Below the pieces are notes generated by a model that was not told the DNA's origin, did not search any database, and saw only the letters and a program-made list of their open reading frames with translations. Both the position numbers and the translations under genes were made by a program. Positions 1 to 9,413 of a stretch of 64,000 bases of DNA are shown one piece after another; the first letter of the stretch is position 1; each line of letters opens with the position of its first letter. Source of the stretch: Mustelus asterias (taxonomy: Eukaryota); assembly GCF_964213995.1 (NCBI RefSeq), contig NC_135818.1, positions 24,056,001-24,120,000 of the forward strand. The letters are read 5' to 3'.

Positions 1-1045
1 GACCACATAGAGGACGACGGAGACCAACACGCAGAAAAAGGCCAATATCTGCCTGGGTACTTGCTAGTCACGCAAAAGTTAAGTCAGAGTCTAGTTTTGA
101 ACTTGAACTTTCGTATTCTGTAAGATAACAGTATTGATTGTGTGGGTGATTAATATCAATTGTGTGTGTGAATAAATATTACAGTGCTAACAAGAAGTCT
201 ACTCGCAATTCTTTGTCCACCGTATAAGGGTTAAAACAGACTGTGCGGCAGGTGCAGGGAACACCAAGCTGTGCAATTACAACTTCTTAACCTTCCTTAT
301 CCTGCTGCTACGTCTTGGTGCATCCCCAACATCCACAATAGAGGTGGAGGCAGCCTACTGACTTCGAAGCCCTGTTACACGTGATATCTTGGTATCACAG
401 TTACCTTGGTATCTCTGGAGGGCTGTGACCTGGGGAGTCCCGCCCTGCTTTCAGGGTCCTGTTGTGTGGCAGTGCCACTCTTCTCAGCCTATGGAGCTGG
501 AGAAGTTCCAGGAAATGCTTCCAGGAAGAGGGGATTTAAATGAGTGGGACAGTCCCAAAGTCACCTGATTAAATAGCACCGGGATCTGCCCCAGATGATC
601 CTCCTCCCTGTGATTGCCTGAGGGCCCCTGGCTGCCTCCCTGAGGGAGAGGGACAGCTGCAGTGAGCTCAAGGAGCCCACCATTCCACCACCCAGGACTG
701 AAACTGGTGGATGCCCACAACAGCCTCTGACATGGAATGCAGCCCCTGCAGTGGCGCAGGACAGAAGGTCTCTACGGCGGCCACCACACTACAAATGTTG
801 ACCTCAGTGTGTTGGCCTGTTGACACAACCACCTCAGTCTAAAGGTGGACCAACTCCTTTGCAATCTGAGGAATGCAGCAGACACCCTCTGATTTTTCCT
901 ATCTTGCATTTGGAACTCCAGCAACTGAGACATGACTGAGTCCAGAGGCTCATCATCTTACTCTGGATCAGCTGATTTCTGGCCTCCAGCAATCCTCCAA
1001 GTGCCAGCACCTATGGATGCCCCTGTCTCTGCCTGCTGTAGATTA

Positions 1046-1307
1046 TGATGTGGAGATGCCGGCGCTGGACTGGGGTGAACACAGTAAGAGTTTTAACAAC
1101 ACCAGGTTAAAGTCCAACAGGTTTATTTGGTAGCAAACACCATTAGCTTTCGGAGCGCTGCTCCTTCGTCAGATGGAGCGGAAATGTCATTTCCACTTCC
1201 CATTTCCACTCCATCTGACGAAGGAGCAGCGCTCCGAAAGCTAATGGTATTTGCTACCAAATAAACCTGTTGGACTTTAACCTGGTGTTGTTAAAACTCT
1301 TACTGTG
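1046..1307. mobile_element. Penelope-like terminal-repeat fold-back insertion with 12-bp TSD
   Basis: 107-bp inverted arms (1080-1186 / 1201-1307); TSD TGCTGTAGATTA at 1034-1045 and 1306-1317; contains hammerhead motifs. Confidence 0.75.
1211..1247 (+). ncRNA. Minimal type I hammerhead ribozyme motif (mirror copy at 1140-1176 on - strand)
   Basis: CCAT-CTGACGA-A-GGAGC(AGC)GCTCC-GAA-AGCT-A-ATGG: catalytic core, stem II, palindromic stem III and stem I. Confidence 0.75.
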
Positions 1308-1767
1308 CTGTAGATTAGACAGAGCGATGTGCTCACCAGGTTATGATCCTAAGGCTACTCTAGGACTAAGTCCCAGCTAGTTCAGTCTCTGAAGGATCTG
1401 GCTGAGCACTGTGATGATTCTTCTATTTCAGGCTCTGTGAATTCAGGTCCGTGCTACTGTCGAAACTGGAGTCAAGCACCTGGCCCCTGGACCCCTTCAA
1501 CAGCTTTACGATGTGCCTTCTAAAGAAAGGAGAGATCATTGGTGAATGGCAAGGACTTGGGAAGCAGGAGACATTACTCACAGCAGATGGATGTTGCAGT
1601 GCTGGGTCCTCACTTGGTAGAGCACTGCCGACCTCACCATCAGCATAGGAACAGTTCACTCCCTCATCTGAATGGTTCTCCCCTCAAAGTCTGTGTAGAC
1701 CTTCAATTCTGGCATCTCTCCACCCGTTTGGGATCTCATCCTCTTGTGTGCCAGCTAGCCCTACACA

Positions 1768-2076
1768 GGCGGTACGGTGGCACAGTGGCCTCACAGCGCC
1801 AGAGACCTGGGTTCGATTCCAGGCTTGGGTCACTGTCAATGTGGAGTTTGCACATTCTCCCTGAGTCTGCGCGGAGTTCCTCTGGGCGCTCCGGTTTTCT
1901 CCCACAGTCCAAAGATGTGCGGTTTAGCGGATTGGCCATGCTAAATTGCCCCTTAGTGTCAGGGAGACTAGCTAGGGTAAATGCATGGGGAGATTGGCCT
2001 GGGTGAGATTGTGGTCAGTGCAGATTCAATGGGCCGAATGGCCTCCTTCTGCACTGTAGGATTTTATGACTCTATG
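1768..2076 (+). mobile_element. tRNA-derived HE1/V-SINE-type SINE with CR1-like tail
   Basis: ggtggcacagtgg A-box, gggttcgattcc B-box, gtggagtttgcacattctcc..ggtttt..cccacagtccaaagatgtgc core, tatgactctatga tail. Confidence 0.85.
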
Positions 2077-2289
2077 AAGATAGAGGAAGGGAGTCTAAGC
2101 AGGACATATGCCAGTTCAATTGATAAGGATGCCCGGCATGTGTGAATGGGACCACAGAGGTGATGAGGATACGACTTGCAGGGGAGATGAAGCTGTGTGT
2201 GGGGGAGTTAATGATGTCCCTTGAGCTGGCATCAAGTGAGATCCCTGTAGATGTGTGATGGGTCTGCGAGTTTGTGAGTGATGAAAAGA

Positions 2290-5038
2290 GTAACTTACCC
2301 TGGCAGAATGGAGGAGTTTATTCATCCTCTTGAGGTGCTGGATGACTGTCCTCTTCTCCAGGACACTGGCACTGGTCTCCGCTGCCAGAGCCTCCCATGC
2401 TGGATGTCACCTTGATTGCAGGTCTTTGCCCAGAGAGGGGGTACAGTACATGATAGCAGTCCTCCACTGTGTCCAGCATGCATTGAAGGGGTGAGAGTAA
2501 ACTTGGGTGCTGAATGTTTCCTGGGTCATAGAGTCATCGAGGTTTACAGCATGGAAACAGGCCCTTCGGCCCAACTTGTCCATGCCGCCTCTTTTTTTAA
2601 CCACTAAGCTAGTCCCAATTGTTTGCATTTGGCCCATATACGTCTATACCCACCTTACCCATATATCTGTCTAAACGCTTTTTAAAAGCCAAAACTGTAC
2701 CCGCCTCTACTACTACCTCTGGCAGCTTGTTCCAGACACTCACCATCCTCTGTGTGAAAATATTGCCCCTCTTGGACCCTTTTGTATCTCTCCCCTCTCA
2801 CCTTAAACCTATGCCCTATAGTTTTAGAATCCCCTACCTTTGGGAAAAGATATTGACTATCTAGCTGATCTATGCCCCTCATTATTTTATAGATCTCTAT
2901 AAGATCACCTCTAAGCCTCCTGCGCTCCAGAGAAACAAGTCCCAATCTATCCAGCATCTCCTTATAACTCAAATCATCAAGTCCCAGTAGCATCCTAGTA
3001 AATTTTTTCTGCACTCTTTCTAGTTTAATAATATTCTTTCTATAATAGGGTAACTAGAACTGTACACAGTATTCCAAATGTGGCTTTACCAATGTCTTGT
3101 ACAACTTCAACAAGACATCCCTCCTCCTTCTTCTCCTTGACCAGGCCTCAATATCCCGAGTCATCCAGGGTTCCCTACTTCTACCAGCCTTGCCCTTCTC
3201 TCTGAGAAGAATGTGCTTACCCTGAGCTCTGGTTAACACTCTTTTGAAAGCTTCCCACTTACCAGACATCCCTTTGCCTTCCCACAGACTCCCCCAATTA
3301 ACTGTTGAAAGTTCCTGCCTGATACCATCAAAATTGGCCTTGCCCCAATTTAGAATTTTAACTTTTGGGCCAGACCTATTATTCTCCATAGCTATCTTAA
3401 AACTAATAGAATTATGGTCACTGGTCCCAAAGTGATCCCTCACTAACACTTCTGTCACCTGCCCTTTCTTATTTCCCAAGAGGAGGTCAAGTTTTGCCCC
3501 CTCTTTAGTCAGGCCATCCACATACTGAATGAGAAATTCCTCCTGAATACACTCAACAAATTTCTCTCCATCCAAGCCTCCAATACTATGGCTGTCCCAG
3601 TCAATGTTAGGAAAGTTAAAATCCCCTATAATTACCACCCTATTTTTCTTGGAGCTATCTGTAATCTCTTTACATATTTGCTCTTCAATTTCCCGCCGAC
3701 TGTTTGGGGGCCTATAGCACAATCCTTTCAAAGTGATTTCCCCCTTCTTATTTCTCAGTTCAACCCATATAGGCACAGTGGGCGAACCGTCGGATATATC
3801 CCCTCTCAGTACTGCCGTGATGTTTTCCTTAATCAAAACTGCAACTCCCCCTCCTCGCTTACCTCCTGTTCTATCTTTCCTATAGCATCTGTACCCTGGA
3901 ACATTCAGTTGCCAGTCCTGTCCTTCCCTTAGCTATGTTTCAGTAATTGCTATAATATCCCAGTCCCACGTACCCATCCATGCCCTGAGTTCATCTGCCT
4001 TGCCCGTCAGGCCTCTTGCATTGAAATAAATGCAGTTTAATCTGGACTTCCCTTGCTCTCTGCTTGCTTTTGCCTGATCTGTCTAGCAGTAGGATTACTG
4101 ACACTGCCTTTACTATTTAATGTGCTCTCTTTAACTTCTGTGCTGTCCTCAACCTTCTCTTCTGTCTCCCTATTGCTTTGGGTCCCACCTCCCTGCCAAA
4201 CTAGTTTAAACCCTCCCGAGTGGCTCTAGCAAATCTCCCCGCCAGGGTATTAGTAACCCTCCAGTTCAGGTGTAACCCTTCCCTCTTGAATAGGTCAGGC
4301 CTTCCCCAGAAGAGATCCCAATGATCCAAAAACCTAAATCCTTGCCCCCTGCACCAGCTCTCAAGCCATGCATTCATCTGCAAAATCTTCCTACTCTCAC
4401 TAGCACATGGCACTGGTCGTAGTCCTCGAAATTACTAACTTCGAGGTCTTCTGCCCAAGTCTCTATATTTACACTTCAGGACCTCATCCCTTTTCCTATC
4501 TATGTCGTTGGTACCAATATGTACAACGACTTCTGGATGCTCACCCTCCCCCTTAAGAATGTACTGCAACCACTCAAAGATGTCCTTGACCCTGGCACCA
4601 GGGAGGCAACACACCATCCTGGAGTCTCAATCACGGCCACAGAAACGCCTATCTGTGCCTCTAACGAATGAGTCCCCTATTACTACTGCTCCCTTGCTCT
4701 TTGCCCGGTCCTGCTCTACAGCAAAATAGGTGTGGTGCCACAGGCCTGGCTGCTGCTGGTATCTTCCCCTGACAGGCTATCCTCAACAGTATCCAAAACG
4801 GTATACCTGCTTGAAAGGGGGTACAGTACATGATAGCAGGTCTCCACTGCGTCCAGCATGCGTTGAGAGGGGTGTGAGTAAACTTGGATGCTGAATGTTT
4901 CCTGGGTGTGGCAGCCATGTGATACGGCATGGAACTCATGCCTACAAATAGTTTTCACCAAGTGACCCATCAGTGGACTAAACGCCGTGTTCCCAGATCG
5001 AAATTGGACATTGCCAATTTCTGAGATGATTCCACCCT
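2290..5038 (-). mobile_element. Degenerate PIF/Harbinger-like element (Myb/SANT ORF remnant) interrupted by CR1
   Basis: Minus strand APKF..MLDTVE..VLYP..AWEALAAETSAS..KRTVIQHLKRMNKLLHSAR|gtaagt; TIR-like gggtggaatcatc at ~5038. Confidence 0.5.
2527..4815 (-). mobile_element. CR1 LINE with ORF1 (SGNH-like) and endonuclease remnants; RT core internally deleted
   Basis: MVCCLPGARV..VVVHIGTND (ORF1), YRPP/GDFN/SDH (APE), then a jump near 3120 to [18 protein letters not shown]; catagagtc tail at 2527. Confidence 0.9.
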
Positions 5039-5605
5039 ATGAGTGTGAGTCAACAGGCGAGCTCTCAGTTAGGTCAGAATTAAATTCAAGCCCCGCTCCA
5101 GAGACCTAAGCACATCATCTATAAAAATGATGGTAAGATGGTATCTTAATTATTTTTCCATACTTACGTTATATAGGAAATTGGCTCATCTCATTGTCAA
5201 AGCTGTATATTGTTTATTTATTTATTGTAGATAAAATAAATCAATTAGTTGGGTTCAGTTATTCCTCATCTCAATAGTGTTGTTCAAACGTGGTGAAATA
5301 TGCAATATTTAGCATTGGCATATAGAGTAACAGTTTTTTGTCAAGATCCCTAAATCCTGTGAATGTTAACCTAGACATTGGGCAGTAAGAGGTTAGTTGA
5401 ACACATGAGGTTCACTTGCAAGAGAAGTTGATCATGTTGATCTAGAGAGGTTCTAAGGTAAAAGCTTGACAGTTTTTCTAGTTCCATTGCGATTATGAAC
5501 AACTTTCACCTTTCTGAGCATAAATGTTAGATTGGGATGGACAGTAAATGTAAAGAATGCAAGATGGGATTAATGAACTGATAGCCTCCAATGAAAGAGA
5601 TGTAC

Positions 5606-5668
5606 CTGTAGAACGCAATGTCCCCAGAGGTCTTGAACTTGTTGCTCTCAACTGCTTCAGCAAGTGCA
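5606..5668 (-). CDS. GANC: Neutral alpha-glucosidase C, coding exon 2
   Basis: Minus strand ccccaatag|63 nt|gtacat translates to (x)ALAEAVESNKFKTSGDIAFYR, resembling human GANC LEDEAVDKNIFRDCNKIAFYR. Phase 2/2. Lies head-to-head with TMEM87A, as in human. Confidence 0.8.
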
Positions 5669-5689
5669 CTATTGGGGTGGAAAAATAGA

Positions 5690-6260
5690 ATTTATTCTTG
5701 TTACTGCTTCTACATTCAAAATACTTTTAAATGTGGTCTCCTCTGCATTGCCGATTGGGTGACCGCTTTATGGAACACCTCTGTTCAGTCTGCAAATGTG
5801 ATCCCGAGTTTCTGGTTGTTTGCATTTTAATTCACATCTTGCTCACACTCTTGTTTTTTTGCCATGTTCCGGTTAAAATCTTGGTTTTCACATTTTTGCT
5901 TTTGGACAGAGCTGTTCATTATTCTGGTATGTATACTCACTCTTGACAAATACTTTGCCTCTTTACTGTAACCATTACCACTCCCTTTGCCTTTTCTTCC
6001 ATTACATCTTTGACATTTCAGTTCTCTGACCCTCTACCCTTCTCAGACAATATCATTCTTTCCACCGCCCGCCCCCCGCCCACAACCCTTTATATGCCTT
6101 TCAGCAGCTTAAAATCCAACACATTTCTACGCTTCTGAAGAAGTCATATTCAATCTGAAGCCTCAACTCCTTTGTCTCTCCACAGATGCTGCCAGATCTG
6201 CCAAGTATAAGGTTCTGTTTTTATTTTAGATTTGTAGCACTGGCAGAATTTTGCTTTTAC
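5690..6260 (+). mobile_element. Degenerate Penelope-like element (GIY-YIG remnant and terminal repeat)
   Basis: CGLL..CRLGDRFMEHLCSV..DPE GIY-YIG-like peptide; tctctccacagatgctgccaga terminal motif, also seen inverted at ~8250-8370, ~33200 and ~35620-35720. Confidence 0.55.
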
Positions 6261-6479
6261 TTTTAACAGTAGGTCAGTTTGAGATAAATATAAAAGATTA
6301 GCAAAAAGGATTTAAACTACTTGTTCAAAGGAAGATAAACTTCCAGGAGGTATCTTTGATCCAGGTTCTCTCAATGTCTCTTCTTCAGGGACTGACTGTA
6401 AACCCAGCAGTGAGCACCACTTGAACCTGGCGCTGCTCGGGCCATCCATCTGCCAGCAGCTCACAAAGCCAGCAATTCC

Positions 6480-6790
6480 TCATAGGCATCTTTTTGGCAA
6501 AACAAATAAACTAGATCAAATAAACTGAGGGACTAAGGAAAAGGACAGCCCCTTAAAAAAAGAGGGGGGGGGGAACCGTCCGAAGCAAACAAAAACAAAG
6601 TGTAATAGAAACTACATCAAATCAAAATGTGATTAAGATGGTCAATAAAACACGTCAGCCCCTGTGGGGCTCAACGGGCACAGAAGCCTCAAAGGTTCCC
6701 CTGGACTCCACATGCTCCCTCTCCAGGGACACCCGGCCACGAAGGTAACCGCGGTAGAGGGACCTCCTCATAAGGGAAGGTGCCTTGCCC
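6480..6790 (-). mobile_element. Tx1/L1-clade LINE 3' fragment
   Basis: Minus strand RGYLRGRVSLEREHVESRGTFEA-like ORF2 C-terminus followed by a T-rich 3' UTR. Confidence 0.5.
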
Positions 6791-6934
6791 TTCACCAATT
6801 AACACCCAATCAAATGTTAAATGGTTGCAGGTGTGCTACTTACTGACTCTTTGGAGGGCGAGGTTGGAACAATTCTGCTTCATTAATTTTTTCACGTTAT
6901 TATGGAGCTCATCCACACAACTGCCTCTACATAC

Positions 6935-7005
6935 CTCTTACCTACTCCCTTTTCACTTACAGCTCTCCCACCTGTCACTGTTCCATGTGTATTCAGATAT
7001 TCCAT
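6935..7005 (-). CDS. GANC: Probable first coding exon of GANC (MEYLNTHGTVTGGRAVSEKGVGK-S)
   Basis: ATG in attATGG context at 7005-7003. AG|GTATGT donor at 6935/6934 gives phase 2, compatible with the 5606-5668 exon. Possible acceptor near 7101. No sequence homology recognised. Confidence 0.45.
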
Positions 7006-8861
7006 AATTTGTAGGTTCTCTCCTCAATTTATCTAATCTGTGGAGTGGTCCACCTACTATGTAGTTTTACACTAGAAGACCTCTTTCCACTCGGGAGTAT
7101 TCTGCTTGAAATTAACAATTTTTATAAGTAAAATATTTTAAGTCTTCATACTTGATTATCTGATAATAAGTTGTTTCCATCATCAAAGTAATAAAGTTAA
7201 AAGGTTTGCCGAAGACATACCAACTGTTGCCTATTTTGATTATTAGGGAGGGTAGGCAACTTCCGTTTTCTCTGTTCTTTAATAAAATACATAAGAAATC
7301 AGGACAGAAATTTCTATTTCAATGACTTTGTGCAACTTATTTTCCCTGCCACATGCTGCATGAGAATCCTCTGACTTGTCAGTTTTTTGAGAAGTGTTTT
7401 GTTTTCCAGTTTTTGTTAGTGTCCTAGATTGACATTTTTATATATAGAACTGTAGCTATAAAGGTAGATAGATAGTTAAAAATAGATATCACTTAGAAAG
7501 CAAAGTGAATAAGTAACAGCCAGTCGTGATAATTGGCCCATGGTCAGTCTGTTTATATGTAAGTTGCATACGCTTTAACTGTACCTGGCCTCCTCAGCAT
7601 TTTCAATACTGGATTCCATCTTACTTCAGTTCCGTGCTTCAGCCTCCCTTGTGTGTTGCTGGACTGTCAGCATTGAACAGAGTACTTGAACAGCTGGCCT
7701 CTTTACGAGGTGACTTATATTTTAGATGTTCTGCCAACTGCTCACAGGCCTCTCCTCTGTTGCCTTTGACTTCCTTGACCCGTCACAGAAGGGATTGCTG
7801 GGAATTGTAGGCTGAATAAAGCTGGCTGCAATTTCAGAACAGAAACATAATTTACGCTGTAGACAATGAGTGATGAGCAATTATGAGTTGAAGCTGAGAT
7901 AGATAGTGGATATAGAGCTTGAATTCTTTTATGTTTCCATGTATCAGCTTTTTTTAACAAAGGGAATGTTGTGCTTAAAGCAGGGGATATCACAATTACA
8001 GGATATTTTCCACTTCAGACATCAAACATTCTCAGATTAGATCCAGCACAGACAATGGCATAATGCAGCTCCCTTGACTCAACCCCAGCGATGCACTTTG
8101 GTCTTGATTTCAAATTCACATTTTATATTGGTACAATATGACTAGTTTCATTTCCCACATCATCTACTCATTACTTGGTGTCAAAATAGGGGCACTTTTG
8201 GTCAGAAGAAAAGGCATTTTCCCCCAGGAATTGGGCTGAAATAAAAGCAAAATACTGTGGATGCTGGAAATCTGAAATAAAAACAGAAAACGTTGAATAA
8301 TCTCAGCACTTCTAGCAGCATCTGTGGAGACACAAACCACACACACATAGTTAATGTTTCAAGTTCATATGAAAACCTCATTTGGAATCTTGCAAATTAC
8401 AGGAAGCAAATTTATATTACAACTGGCTGACCTGTTAAAGATGTGAATCAGCAAGACAAACTTATATTTATATAGCATCTTTATTTCAAGGGTTCATGTC
8501 AGGAACATTGTAAAACAAAGAATGTCACCGAGCCACACTTTGACCCAGACATTAGCCAGACTCAAACGCAAACACAGAAAAGTAAACTGGCAAGTAAACG
8601 ATTTTATTTGAAGCTACTGACGACATATGGCTGAACTATGTTTCATGGCTTAATCAATTCTTTACATGTAAACTTAGACTGTCAGGAAAACATTTGAACA
8701 TTGCCCATGTCAGCTGAGAGGGGCAGGGAGTCAGGGGAAGGCATGAAAGGAGGGCTAACCGGAGTGAGAGTGATTAGAGTCAGAGAATGATGTGAAGGTG
8801 GAATGAAGAGGAACAGGGTATAAGGATCAAAACAAATTCAGCAACATTGGAATCAAGTCCA

Positions 8862-9222
8862 GGAGCCGGGCTGGAGCCACCTGGTGGCTGGAGGTCCCGG
8901 AGCCGGGCGGGAGCCACCTGGTGGTTGGAGGTCCCGGAGCCGGGCGGGAGCCACCTGGTGGCTGGAGGTCCCGGAGCCGGGCGGGAGCCACCTGGTGGCT
9001 GGAGGTCCCGGAGCCGGGCGGGAGCCACCTGGTCGTTGGAGATCTTGGTGCCGAGGGGAGCCACCTAGTGGTTGGAGGTCCCGGGGCCGGGCGGGAGCCA
9101 CCTGAGAGGTCCCGGGGCCGGGCGGACGCCACCTGGTGGCGGGTGGTACTAGGGCCGGGCGAGTGCCACCTGGTGGTTGGAGGTCCCAGGGCTGGGCGGA
9201 TACCATCTGGGTGCTGGGAGGT
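8862..9222. repeat. 37-bp GC-rich minisatellite (~9.5 units)
   Basis: Unit GGAGCCGGGCGGGAGCCACCTGGTGG(C/T)TGGAGGTCCC recurs at 8862, 8899, 8936, 8973 and 9010, then degenerates. Confidence 0.95.
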
Positions 9223-9239
9223 CTGAACTGTACCAAGCC

Positions 9240-9282
9240 GGAGACGGAAGTGACGCGTTGTGGCACTCGGAGATGGCGGCTG
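9240..9282. promoter_or_regulatory. Bidirectional promoter core: ETS/GABP-CRE composite plus YY1 motif
   Basis: CGGAAGTGACGC at 9245-9256; AGATGGCGGC overlaps the TMEM87A ATG; CpG-rich context between divergent genes. Confidence 0.7.
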
Positions 9283-9413
9283 CTGGACTGGGAATGAGAA
9301 TGATGTTGGGCCCAGGAGAAGGAAGCAGACCTTGGTTCTATCTAGTCTTACTTGGTGTTATCCGGGTTTGTATCGCTGCCGAGGTATCCAAATGGCGTCT
9401 TCCTGTCACGGAG
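9273..9413 (+). CDS. TMEM87A: TMEM87A exon 1 (signal peptide, MAAAGLG...SKWRLPVTE)
   Basis: ATG at 9273, hydrophobic signal-like stretch, SKW motif as in human DRSKWHIPIPS, GAG|GTATGT donor, 141 nt, phase 0. Confidence 0.85.

Noticed and set aside
1-285. Possible 3' end of an LTR (AATAAA at ~171)
   Set aside because: Truncated by the window edge; no terminal CA or TSD could be verified.
1768-1830. tRNA genes (also at 33690, 36066 and 55260)
   Set aside because: The A/B boxes are SINE heads followed by a V-SINE core; no complete cloverleaf.
8780-9266. Multiple overlapping ORFs and a CRISPR-like periodicity
   Set aside because: Products of the 37-bp tandem repeat; there are no unique spacers or cas genes, and the context is vertebrate.
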